Source: a virus. Taken from it: DNA of 64,000 nt. Under the pieces are notes generated by a model, which saw only the letters and a program-made list of their open reading frames with translations, did no database searches and was not told the DNA's origin. Made by a program: the position numbers and the translations under genes. The stretch covers positions 4,106-68,105 of the IMG/VR virus record IMGVR_UViG_3300044470_000123. One strand, written 5' to 3'. Shown here one piece after another: positions 31,895-41,292 of the stretch; within the stretch, counting starts at the first letter, position 1; each line of letters starts with the position of its first letter.

Positions 31895-32917
31895 TTAATC
31901 CAATATTGTATCTGGTATTATAATGCTTTGATTAGTATTTCCTGGAGAATTTGTATTTGTACTAGGTGCTTTATCTAGTAAATAAATAGTTTTTTCAGCT
32001 TTAAATATAATATTATATGTTAGTCTATAAGGAGATTTAGAGTCTTCTATTATATCAAAAGAATCAAATCGTCCTATAAGTACTATATAATCATAAAATA
32101 ATTTTAAATATAGTCTTTCTTTTATCATGCCTTTATATGGATGATTATTTACAAAGTCTGGGTTATTGTTTAAAAAATCATTAACTGATAAATAATCTGC
32201 AGAATCATAATCAGAACCATTGTGATATAAACATCCATTAAGCTGAAAAAATTTAACTAACTGTTTTAAATATGCGTAAGCTGCTGTATACTCTCTCCAA
32301 GAATATGTTAATCCTACAAGTGGAATATCTGGCCCTATTCCAAAAAATGAAAAAGTAGTACCAGATAAAGATGCTGTATCTATCTCATCCCCCCAGTGTT
32401 CCTCTACCCACCCAGTCATTGTAGTAGCTCTAGATACCTTTTTTGCTGAGTTTATTGTAAAAGTTTCTGGATTAGGGTTTAATTTTAAAGTGGTTACTAT
32501 ATAGTTTTCATTAAGAACTATACCTTTTCTGTTTTGATCACTATCCATCATTTCTAAATACATCGATATCCCTTGTAGTTTTTTCAAAGGAGGTCTAATC
32601 TCTAAACCATCTATAGGATCTGTTACATTTATTTTTTGCATGTAATATGTATTTAAACTAGCGTCTACAGCCCCTCTTATCGATGGTATATTTTGTGGAA
32701 TATTGGCTACTAGAATAGGTTGTGCTGCAGCATATTGTTCAGAAGTTATATTTAAAGATGAACCAACCGATTTAATAGCAGTAGGATAAAAATCTGTATT
32801 AGCCTCCATAGATATAGCATTATAGTTATCTTCTATTTGACTATTTATTGTAGAATTAGAAGATAAAGACAGCCCGGAAAAAGGAGCATTTTGTATAGTT
32901 AAATCTGTATCAGCCAT
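31895..32917 (-). CDS. Tail tube initiator/baseplate protein (gp48/gp54-like)
   Basis: LNPNPETFTI..TMTGWVEEHWGDE..G.F..F.I.ED..SPY; position after the tape measure. Confidence 0.6.
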   Translation of the reverse strand: MADTDLTIQNAPFSGLSLSSNSTINSQIEDNYNAISMEANTDFYPTAIKSVGSSLNITSEQYAAAQPILVANIPQNIPSIRGAVDASLNTYYMQKINVTDPIDGLEIRPPLKKLQGISMYLEMMDSDQNRKGIVLNENYIVTTLKLNPNPETFTINSAKKVSRATTMTGWVEEHWGDEIDTASLSGTTFSFFGIGPDIPLVGLTYSWREYTAAYAYLKQLVKFFQLNGCLYHNGSDYDSADYLSVNDFLNNNPDFVNNHPYKGMIKERLYLKLFYDYIVLIGRFDSFDIIEDSKSPYRLTYNIIFKAEKTIYLLDKAPSTNTNSPGNTNQSIIIPDTILD

Positions 32918-32922
32918 AGTTT

Positions 32923-35900
32923 TTATTTAACTGTATTTTCTTTAAAGTTTTTTTGGGAATATGCCTGTTGAAGACTTTCTAAAAATACATCCCTAAGCAT
33001 ATTTACAGTTTTTTGGTCTACTGTAGAGTTTCCATTTATTGTTATACCACCTATATTTACAACGGGAGTAGTAGAAGCTCCTCCTGTACCTTTCAATAAA
33101 CTTGGTGGTAAAGGAGTTATACCACTAAATCTTGAATCTATTAAAGATTGAGATTGATCTGTATTATTAGATCTAGATTGAGCAACAGCATCAGAAAATG
33201 CAGTCATACCTTTAGTACCCATATATTCTTGAGAAGATTTATATTTACCTCCTGTTGCTAGTTTTTCAGCTGAACTAAATACGGCATCAGTAAAACCACT
33301 ATAAACTTTTTTCTTATCCTCTATAGGTTGATTTTCTTCTCCAACCTTATCCTCTTCCCCAGGAATCATGTAACCTAAACCATGCATACTATAGGCTGAT
33401 TTTAAATCTGCTAATTCTTGAGTATTACCGTCTAAAGATTTTTTTATAATAGAATATTGTTTTACATCTCCAGCAAAAAGTCCAGATACTTTAGCCCCTT
33501 TGGAAGAAGCTTCCACTAAGGTATTTAAATCTTTAATACCTTGAGATGTTGTATAAGATGCATCTGTAGCTTGTCTTTTTTTAGTAAAGTCATCTACAAC
33601 TATATCCATAGCATCTTGATTATTTTTAATAGCTTTAATAAATTCTGGAATATCTTCTTTATTATATGGCGCTTTTGTGTTTTTTAAGTAATTATCTAGA
33701 TCTTTAAGAGCATCTTTTTCCTTATCCCTAGACATTATGCCTAGATATCCTAACATCCCTACAGCATGTAAATTTAACTCCTTTAAAAATCCATTAGTAG
33801 CGTCTGCTCCTACATATTTAAGAGCTTCCTTACTTATCTCAAAATAATCTTTACTAGATGTAGTTTTATTTATAAGTTTATCTATAACAGTCTGCTCTGT
33901 TTTCATGCTTTTATCACTTAGCTTATTACCTTGTTCAAGAACTTTATAGGTATCTTCATCAGATATACCTTCACCCCCTGTAGCAGTACCTGCTAAAATT
34001 TTGTCTACATAAGATTCAAAAGGTCCTAAAAGTCCTTGATCTATTCCTTTATTAAGAGTGGATACTAAAACACTAGCTCTTTTTCTAGCTTCATCTTCAC
34101 CATACTGTTTTTTAAACATTTCAACCAATTTATCTTGAAACTCATTCCTAAATTCAGCCCCGCTACCACCTTTAGCTCTAGCCTCTAATAAAGCTTTAAA
34201 ATTATCTGCTAAATCTTTATTACCTTTAATCATACCATCTAAAACTTCTTTATTGGAACCAGAAGTTAACTCTTTAAATGTTTTTTGTGTTTCTCTTATA
34301 CTTTCTTTAGTGTGTAATAAAGTCTCTTGAGATACACCTAAAATATTAGATAAAAGTTCTACCTGTGCTGGAGTATAATCCCCGGCTATTTTAAGTATCT
34401 TCATCATGACTTCTACAGGCTTATCCGCTAATCTCCCTAACTGCATACCTAAATCAGAAAAATCCCCTTTATTGGCTTTCATCATAGCCGTATCTAAAGT
34501 AGCTTGTCGAGCTTCTTCTTTTCTTAAATCTTCATTCAATTTTTCTATATTATCAGATATTTTATCTCTAGCATCTCCTTCAGGGGCTTTATATCGTTGT
34601 ATATTAGCGGTATCTATCTGTGTTTTAATGTCTTTTATTCTATCATTAGCTTCTAAAGATACCTGATTAAATAACTCTTTAGTGGTCTTCTCCCCCATAA
34701 CAAGAAAAGCTTTCATACCTTTTTTATAATCTACCCCTGAAAAAGCTTGTACCATATTATTAGCAGCTTTAGCAGCATCATCAAAACCAAGCTCTGCAGA
34801 CTGAGTAAAACTACTTAATAGTGTCCCGGTACTCTTTACATAATTACCAAAATAAGACAAAGACATTACAGAGCTTTCTATAGACCCATAAAATTTATCA
34901 AGAGTAACCCCTGCCTTAGATGCATCATAAGCTATAGATCTAAGCGAAGACTTTGTAACATCAAAACTTGACTTCATGTTTAACATCTGTTTAACTATCA
35001 TATCACCTGTCTTAGTCATAGACTCCCCAAGCTCTAAACTAAGATAACGAACATCTTTTATAGCATCTCCATAAGACCCCATTTTCTGTTTAGCACTAGT
35101 TAAAGACATACCTGCACCTGCTATAGCTGAAAACATATCTTGTATATCTTTAGATTTTATACCTAGTTTAAGATTCCTCTGTAAATCAAATATAGCATCA
35201 TTAAAGTTTTTCATTTCTTTAGGTATGTTACCTATCCCTACTGTAGGACCTGCCATTTTTAAAAAAGACTTATTAAGTTCTGTCATAAAAGATTCTAAAT
35301 CTACCATCCCTTTAATAAGAGATGTCACAGCTGCTGCAACCGCTAAAAAAGGGCCAGCTTTTGATAGTCCACCCAATACTTTTTCTAATCCTTTTGCTTC
35401 TCCTGGTGCCTTACCTAAAATTCCAGCTTTAGCTATCCTTTTCTTTTCTAGCTCTTTAGCTATATCCCCAAACTTACCACCAGCAGACTCTCCTCTAGAA
35501 GCCCAGTCTAACGGATTTATACCTCTTGCCCCAAAAAGATCACCTAAAGCTCCTACAGTTTTTCTAGCTTTATGAGGTCTTTCTTTTTGATCCCATCTAC
35601 TACTTTTTGCCTGTTCTTGATATTTTAGTAATTTTTCTTTTTTCTTGTTAGCTTTAGCTAGTAAACCCATTTCTTTAGTTATAGCTTCTTCTGCTAGTTT
35701 TATTTTTTCTTCCGTAAAAGTTTTTTCTGCTTCAAGCTTAACCTTATCCATTCGTAAATATTGTTTTAATAAATGTTTAATATTATCTTTTTCAAGATTA
35801 CTCATTTTTTTAAGGTCAGCTTTACCTTTTTTACTTCTATAAAATTCCGCTTTCTTTATTTTTTCTAAAAGTTTTTCATCCTTCTCTCTATTTTCTACAC

Positions 35901-36060
35901 TATTTTTAAGAGAAGCATTAACCTTCTCTATAGCTTTAGCCTGCTTATTTAAAACTATTTCATAACCTATACCAGCAGCATTAAGCTGTGTTTGATATTG
36001 ATTAGCTTTTTGAAGCTCTTTCGCTAATTCTTTTGCTATATTTGCTGCATTATCAGCCAT
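32923..36060 (-). CDS. Tape measure protein
   Basis: Long helical K/A/G-rich protein after the chaperone pair; C-terminal VVNIGGITING motif. Confidence 0.8.
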   Translation of the reverse strand: MADNAANIAKELAKELQKANQYQTQLNAAGIGYEIVLNKQAKAIEKVNASLKNSVENREKDEKLLEKIKKAEFYRSKKGKADLKKMSNLEKDNIKHLLKQYLRMDKVKLEAEKTFTEEKIKLAEEAITKEMGLLAKANKKKEKLLKYQEQAKSSRWDQKERPHKARKTVGALGDLFGARGINPLDWASRGESAGGKFGDIAKELEKKRIAKAGILGKAPGEAKGLEKVLGGLSKAGPFLAVAAAVTSLIKGMVDLESFMTELNKSFLKMAGPTVGIGNIPKEMKNFNDAIFDLQRNLKLGIKSKDIQDMFSAIAGAGMSLTSAKQKMGSYGDAIKDVRYLSLELGESMTKTGDMIVKQMLNMKSSFDVTKSSLRSIAYDASKAGVTLDKFYGSIESSVMSLSYFGNYVKSTGTLLSSFTQSAELGFDDAAKAANNMVQAFSGVDYKKGMKAFLVMGEKTTKELFNQVSLEANDRIKDIKTQIDTANIQRYKAPEGDARDKISDNIEKLNEDLRKEEARQATLDTAMMKANKGDFSDLGMQLGRLADKPVEVMMKILKIAGDYTPAQVELLSNILGVSQETLLHTKESIRETQKTFKELTSGSNKEVLDGMIKGNKDLADNFKALLEARAKGGSGAEFRNEFQDKLVEMFKKQYGEDEARKRASVLVSTLNKGIDQGLLGPFESYVDKILAGTATGGEGISDEDTYKVLEQGNKLSDKSMKTEQTVIDKLINKTTSSKDYFEISKEALKYVGADATNGFLKELNLHAVGMLGYLGIMSRDKEKDALKDLDNYLKNTKAPYNKEDIPEFIKAIKNNQDAMDIVVDDFTKKRQATDASYTTSQGIKDLNTLVEASSKGAKVSGLFAGDVKQYSIIKKSLDGNTQELADLKSAYSMHGLGYMIPGEEDKVGEENQPIEDKKKVYSGFTDAVFSSAEKLATGGKYKSSQEYMGTKGMTAFSDAVAQSRSNNTDQSQSLIDSRFSGITPLPPSLLKGTGGASTTPVVNIGGITINGNSTVDQKTVNMLRDVFLESLQQAYSQKNFKENTVK

Positions 36061-36065
36061 TTTAA

Positions 36066-37124
36066 CTAACTCGCCTTCTTAATTTTAGTCTTACCAACTT
36101 TTTTAAGTATACGCTCTTTAGAATTCATACCCTCAAAAGCACTAGAAGCCATAGACCCAGGAAGCTCTTTTTTCTTATCCTTATTAAATAACTCTTTAAT
36201 CTCTTCCGCTGTAGCTATCCTAGACCCCTCCATCTTAGTCAAATCAACATCGTTTTTAAGATTATCTCTAAACTGCTTCTGCTTCTCCGCTGCTGCTGTC
36301 TTAGCATCCTCCGCTCTTCTTCTTTCCCCCTCTATACATTTATCCAAGAACTGATCGTGCTTATCTTTATCACCTGACATCTGCCTATTTAACTCTTTAA
36401 CTAACTCTTCTCTAGTCCTAAGTGGCTGAGCCCATCCATCCTCTTCCTTCTTCTTCTCTATCCTGCGCTTATCATATCCATACTTAGCTATCTCTTCCCT
36501 AAGATCATCTAACTCTTTTTTATGAAAATCAAATCTACTACCTATTTGCTGAGCACCCTTACCATTAAAAGAAGAAGCTACCATCAATGATAGCCTAAAC
36601 TGAGTATTATAGTCTTCTTCCTCGTCTAACTGTTTATTTATTACTATCCAATTCTCTTGAGCATTATTAAGACCTACATTTTTTATACCAGGGATCCCGT
36701 AATAGTAACTAGTATCCGCTACACTAGTATCAAATACTCTCCAAAGTACCCTTGAACTACCTGTATAACAAAATCCTTCTAAAAACTTAAGAGAGTCTAA
36801 ATAGATATTATGTAACTCATCTACGTCCTGTAAAAACTTCAAATAACCTGTTATAGGTATCTTACTGTAAAACTCTAAAAGCTTATTAATAGCCTCTTCC
36901 CTGTTATTTAAACAATTTGATCCGTTTATCATAAACGTTGAAAAAGCTAAACGATATAAAGACCAGTTGTAATCTCCTCCGCTATTATAAAAAGATATCT
37001 GCTTATACTCTTTATCCGATATAGTCTTGAATACAATAACATTATCCTTATAACGCACAGTTGAAGGAAGAAAGCCGTATGTTATAATTTTTTCTAAATA
37101 GTCATATCCTTCTAATACATCCAT
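36066..37124 (-). CDS. Putative tail assembly chaperone 2
   Basis: Position between the chaperone and the tape measure; helical and charged. Confidence 0.5.
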   Translation of the reverse strand: MDVLEGYDYLEKIITYGFLPSTVRYKDNVIVFKTISDKEYKQISFYNSGGDYNWSLYRLAFSTFMINGSNCLNNREEAINKLLEFYSKIPITGYLKFLQDVDELHNIYLDSLKFLEGFCYTGSSRVLWRVFDTSVADTSYYYGIPGIKNVGLNNAQENWIVINKQLDEEEDYNTQFRLSLMVASSFNGKGAQQIGSRFDFHKKELDDLREEIAKYGYDKRRIEKKKEEDGWAQPLRTREELVKELNRQMSGDKDKHDQFLDKCIEGERRRAEDAKTAAAEKQKQFRDNLKNDVDLTKMEGSRIATAEEIKELFNKDKKKELPGSMASSAFEGMNSKERILKKVGKTKIKKAS

Positions 37125-37130
37125 GTTAAG

Positions 37131-37703
37131 TTATGCCGGTACTACAGGTTCTTTAGGCTCTTCAATCTTTTTAAAAGTTACATCTTTTTCCTCAGACTTA
37201 GGCTGTTCTTCTTTAGCCTTAGCTGCCTTCTCCTTTTCATCCTCTAATCTCTGACGCTCATCAGCTTCTTTCTGCCTTTGCTCAGGAGATTTAAACCAAT
37301 CATACTTCATACCTTTTTTAAGCTCTTCCTCAGCCTGCTCTTTAATATCAACATAGGCATCAAATAACTTATCTATAATAGCTGTAGGGTAATCATTAAA
37401 TATCCCTCTAAGAAATATAGCCTTATCCTTATCTACTTCTCTACCTTCTGCATTAGTATCTTTTACAACTTTACCTATAGTTTCTCCGTTTATAGATACT
37501 ACAGCTTCACATAATAGTTCTTTTTTAGTCATCTTATAATAGTCTAATCCTTCTAGGTTATCATCAGAAGATATTAAACTATTAACTTTCTTTTCCTGCT
37601 CAACAGAAAGAACGGACAAACCGTAGGTTATACCGTTAACTGTAACAAGCTTACTGAATTGTAGAGACTTTTGAACCGCTACTAAAACATCTTTAAGAGA
37701 CAT
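37131..37703 (-). CDS. Putative tail assembly chaperone
   Basis: L.EAVVSING...IIDKLFDAY pattern; canonical position after the tube gene; SD AAGGAG. Confidence 0.6.
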   Translation of the reverse strand: MSLKDVLVAVQKSLQFSKLVTVNGITYGLSVLSVEQEKKVNSLISSDDNLEGLDYYKMTKKELLCEAVVSINGETIGKVVKDTNAEGREVDKDKAIFLRGIFNDYPTAIIDKLFDAYVDIKEQAEEELKKGMKYDWFKSPEQRQKEADERQRLEDEKEKAAKAKEEQPKSEEKDVTFKKIEEPKEPVVPA

Positions 37704-37718
37704 ACTAAAAACTCCTTT

Positions 37719-39119
37719 TTATATGATATATTGTATAGATAATTTAAATATTGATTTTGTATGAAATACTTTTTTTACTGATTTTTTAATATTAAAATCA
37801 ATTTTATTTATCCCGTTAAAACAACGAACAGATCTTCCACAATGATGACTACCATTAACCACATATTTTTTACTGTTAATTGTAACTGTATCGTAAGGCT
37901 GTATAGAATATCTATGCCTTCTAATAGATGGTTTAAAACCTTTCCTATTTAACTGTATTATTCTATTATTTTTATGTTTTTGCTTAAAATATGTAGGATT
38001 AATTCTAATCTGATTAGTACCTCCTGCTATAACAAATGCATCATTATAATGGGTCTTTTCTAATCCTAACTCATTCCTATTAACAAAAGTCTCATATCCG
38101 TAAACTATCTTACAGTTTGGTAATATTTTTTTATATATGTGTTGAACTATTGTCATAAACGCAGCGTCTTTATATTGTTTATTCCTCTTAAGAGTGTCAA
38201 ATAATTTATTTTTATGAAGTTTATCATGACATTTTTCATGCAATAAAGCTAAATTATCTTGCTTATTAGGGCCACCTTTAGATCTAGGTATAATGTGATG
38301 TATATGAGAGGAATTACCTTTACTAAACTCTTTATTACATAGCTGGCACTTTCCTTTTTCTCTGGCCATCAAATAAATTCTCATGTTTTGATACTCATAC
38401 ATGGGTCCTTGTTGGTACTCTAATTTAGTTATTTTTTGATTTTCTATTTTCTGGATATCAAAATTTCCTACCTCTATAGTTATATCTTCCTCATTTATAG
38501 GAAATCTTAATCTCAGTTTATTGATAAAATTTATATGAGTGTTAAACTTCCTTTTAATTGATGGGGCTAACCAACCTTTTGTTCTGGCGTTAGATCTATT
38601 GTTGTGTCTAGCCTCTCTATACCACATCTTATCTCTACGTCCACCTCGATACATACTTTTACTTATTAATCTTTCAGGAGTTTTCTGATCCAAATAAACT
38701 TCTCCTGTAATTATCTCTTCATCTTTAGTTATAACAGAAAATCCTATCTTCTTAGAGCCTGAGTCTATTCCAAAAGAATACTTCTTAACAGTTTCTCCTG
38801 TAGCCTTATTAAGTTGAATAGTAAAGAATAACCCGTTTTCTACGACATGTGCCTCTCCTTTTTTAAGTAGCTTTCTAGCCTTGCAGGGACTGCAAGGCTC
38901 AAGAGGTTTACCCCTCTTATTGAGTACACAAACTTTGGCAAATACCCTCAGGTCTTGCCCCTCTTTGTGTTGAGGTGGATCCACTTCGAGATTGTTTAAA
39001 GTCAGTACTTTGCTCGCCACACTGAGACTTTCGTCTCTGTTTAATGGCATGCTTGTAGAGCTACAGACTTGTGGAGCATCCGTAGGTACGTACTTTAACT
39101 TTCCTTTAAACTGCTGCAT
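37719..39119 (-). CDS. iscB: IscB RNA-guided endonuclease (IS200/IS605 OMEGA)
   Basis: PLMP-like KPLEPCSPCKARKLLK; RuvC-I GIDSG; Arg-rich bridge helix; RuvC-II IEVGNFD; HNH CQLC..HIHHIIPRSKGG..NL..H..CH; RuvC-III THYNDA. Confidence 0.95.
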   Translation of the reverse strand: MQQFKGKLKYVPTDAPQVCSSTSMPLNRDESLSVASKVLTLNNLEVDPPQHKEGQDLRVFAKVCVLNKRGKPLEPCSPCKARKLLKKGEAHVVENGLFFTIQLNKATGETVKKYSFGIDSGSKKIGFSVITKDEEIITGEVYLDQKTPERLISKSMYRGGRRDKMWYREARHNNRSNARTKGWLAPSIKRKFNTHINFINKLRLRFPINEEDITIEVGNFDIQKIENQKITKLEYQQGPMYEYQNMRIYLMAREKGKCQLCNKEFSKGNSSHIHHIIPRSKGGPNKQDNLALLHEKCHDKLHKNKLFDTLKRNKQYKDAAFMTIVQHIYKKILPNCKIVYGYETFVNRNELGLEKTHYNDAFVIAGGTNQIRINPTYFKQKHKNNRIIQLNRKGFKPSIRRHRYSIQPYDTVTINSKKYVVNGSHHCGRSVRCFNGINKIDFNIKKSVKKVFHTKSIFKLSIQYII

Positions 39120-39208
39120 AAAAGTTTACCTTTTAAGCCCTCTAATCAACTCTTACCCAGAACCTCACGGTTCTAACCATTTTAGATACTTTTAAAGTGG
39201 CAATTGAC
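38945..39208 (-). ncRNA. IscB omegaRNA (HEARO-like) scaffold
   Basis: Starts GTCAATTGCC, pairing with GGTAAGAGTTGAT; GNRA hairpins AGAACC-GTGA-GGTTCT and GAGAC-GAAA-GTCTC; CTACGGA-TGCTCCACAAG-TCTGTAG hairpin whose loop TCCAC can pair with GTGGA; TAAACAG and AACAATCTCGAAG blocks. 3' end approximate. Confidence 0.85.
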
Positions 39209-39394
39209 ATGGGAGGTGTTGACATTATAAAAAAACTAATAATAAACTAAGAAAGAATAGTTTCCAGAAGAAAATAGAAGATTAAAATTTTATATTTTAT
39301 TATATAAAAAATATAAGATATGATATTTTATATGAATTTTACTGGAAAACTTTTCATTTCACAATACCTAAATTTTCACATTAACTATTAAAAC

Positions 39395-40114
39395 TTAACC
39401 TTGTGAACTTTGTGTTAAATACTTTGAAACAGCAACTGGATTAAATAAATCTGTTCCGTTTATAAGAGGCACAGTTTCGTCATAAACTAATAGCTGCTCA
39501 GCTACTATGTCTGTGACATTTACTGTTACGTCTTCTTGTACAAGAGCAGTATCAGAAGCAAATGAAACGCTCCAGTCTGACATCCAACAAGCTTCATACC
39601 AAGTTACTACAGCCCTAAGATCCATAGGATTCCCTGTTAAATCAATAGAACTGCTGCCGCCTGTAGGAGTACTTACACCACCATCCTGATTGAAAGTAGA
39701 TCCACCACTAGTAAAATCCATAGCTAAAGCACCTACAATAAGTTCTTGTCTAAGATCAAAAGGGTACTTATGATGTCGAAGGGATCTTACTAGCCCATCT
39801 ACCCCTCCACGATAACCAAATACCTGCATAATCATAGACAAGTACTGGGCTGTACGAGTGATAGTAATACTCATAGGATCTGTCATACCAGGAACGAGCT
39901 CCATAACCTTATCGCCATAACCTATCCCTCTAACAGGCTCTATAGTGCGGCCTTCTGAAGGATTAAAGTTAGCAACTACGCCTATCTGCGTACCACCATC
40001 AGAATCATCTCCTGATGTTATAGCATATAATCTATTTCTGGCGCTTACTACTGAAAAAGTTTCAGGAGTCACACCTCTCTGGTTTTCAACATATGTTTGA
40101 CCTACATTAGACAT
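39395..40114 (-). CDS. Tail tube protein
   Basis: IGVVANFNPSEGR.IEPVRGIG..ELVPG...YEACWMSDWSVSF..ALVQEDVTV tube fold; downstream of the sheath. Confidence 0.85.
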   Translation of the reverse strand: MSNVGQTYVENQRGVTPETFSVVSARNRLYAITSGDDSDGGTQIGVVANFNPSEGRTIEPVRGIGYGDKVMELVPGMTDPMSITITRTAQYLSMIMQVFGYRGGVDGLVRSLRHHKYPFDLRQELIVGALAMDFTSGGSTFNQDGGVSTPTGGSSSIDLTGNPMDLRAVVTWYEACWMSDWSVSFASDTALVQEDVTVNVTDIVAEQLLVYDETVPLINGTDLFNPVAVSKYLTQSSQG

Positions 40115-40133
40115 TTTAGTGTCTCCTTAATAA

Positions 40134-41192
40134 TTATCTAGTTGTATCGAAAAGTGAACTTAACTTCATAATTTCAGGATCATTCATATCGGCTTTAAAA
40201 TCAGGAAGAACATCGGGACCAACTTCAAAAGAAATCCCCTCAATACTTGCTTCTACTGACTCACTAGCCTCTGCTTCTTCTTTCTTACCACGAGACTTCT
40301 CTTTAAGCTCTTCCATCTTCTTTGCTTTATCTGCTTTCTCACTCTTTTTCTTAAGATCTGCTACTTCTTTTTCTGTATCAACCTTAGCAGCATCCTTCTC
40401 TTCACCTTGACCAATATCTTTTTCCTTCTCTTCCTTCTCTTTATCTCCACCAACTTCTTTAGCTTTCTCTGCAGTTTCTTCATCTGCATCTTCAGCAGCT
40501 TCTTTTCTAACTGGGCCTTTAGACTTCTTATACATATCTGACTCAAGATTCTTACTCTCATCAGGAACCTGCTCAGGAGTCAAAGCTCTTCCAGTATCCT
40601 GCTCAGTAGGTCTTACACCTTTAAGCTCAGGAGCTTTCTTAGCATCAGGCATCTGTACTTTAGTCTGATGACGACCAGTATCTTCATTAACTGTCTTAGT
40701 CATACCAAGAACATCTCTAACTAGATTCTGTGCAACAGCATCAAACGCTTCCTTAGTCCAAGAATCTTCAGTAGATGCACTCTTTGCAACAGTCTCACTA
40801 GCAGCAACTTCAGCCGCACCAGCAAGATCTGGATAAGCACTAATCATCTTATCCTCAGGGATCCCATGTTTACGAGCAACAGCCTTAAGCTGGTCTGGGG
40901 AAAGTTTACCCTTCATCCCGCCAGCTCCCTGATATCGATCTGTGAGAGGTACTCTATTCTGAAAAGCACCACCAGGCTGACCGTATGGCTGAACACCTAA
41001 CATAGCATCTTTCTCAGCCTTGTCCTCATCCTTCTCTTCTTTATACTCAGCAGAAACCATACTGGCAAACTTCTCCTGAGTCATACCCTTAAGAGCCGTA
41101 GCCATAGCTTTAAGATCTACACTCATGGGATTACTATCTGCAAATATCTCTGAATAACCTTCGAATCTCTTCGCTAATACTAACTTATCCAT
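40134..41192 (-). CDS. Charged low-complexity protein, possibly an internal head/virion protein
   Basis: E/K-rich; internal repeat DTGRxxTxxQxPD twice; several K-x-A(S) motifs. Confidence 0.55.
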   Translation of the reverse strand: MDKLVLAKRFEGYSEIFADSNPMSVDLKAMATALKGMTQEKFASMVSAEYKEEKDEDKAEKDAMLGVQPYGQPGGAFQNRVPLTDRYQGAGGMKGKLSPDQLKAVARKHGIPEDKMISAYPDLAGAAEVAASETVAKSASTEDSWTKEAFDAVAQNLVRDVLGMTKTVNEDTGRHQTKVQMPDAKKAPELKGVRPTEQDTGRALTPEQVPDESKNLESDMYKKSKGPVRKEAAEDADEETAEKAKEVGGDKEKEEKEKDIGQGEEKDAAKVDTEKEVADLKKKSEKADKAKKMEELKEKSRGKKEEAEASESVEASIEGISFEVGPDVLPDFKADMNDPEIMKLSSLFDTTR

Positions 41193-41292
41193 TTGAAACT
41201 ACCTTTCTTTGTAATCTTCTATAAAATGAAGATCGTATGTTGAGTGAATATATTTTCCTATTTATAAAACTACTTACTTCCTGTGTTAAAAA

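Larger units (their letters stand above)
37719..39208 (-). mobile_element. Non-autonomous IscB (IS200/IS605-type) element lacking tnpA
   Basis: omegaRNA plus iscB inserted between the tail tube and chaperone genes; no Y1 transposase in the window; boundaries approximate. Confidence 0.75.

Noticed and set aside
39255-39356. Imperfect AT-rich inverted repeat upstream of the IscB guide
   Set aside because: Low complexity; cannot be distinguished from chance or a weak terminator after the tube gene.
37719-39394. Cas9 or a CRISPR array near the RuvC-HNH gene
   Set aside because: The protein is 466 aa with a PLMP-like start and no REC lobe, and no repeat-spacer array is visible; this is IscB.
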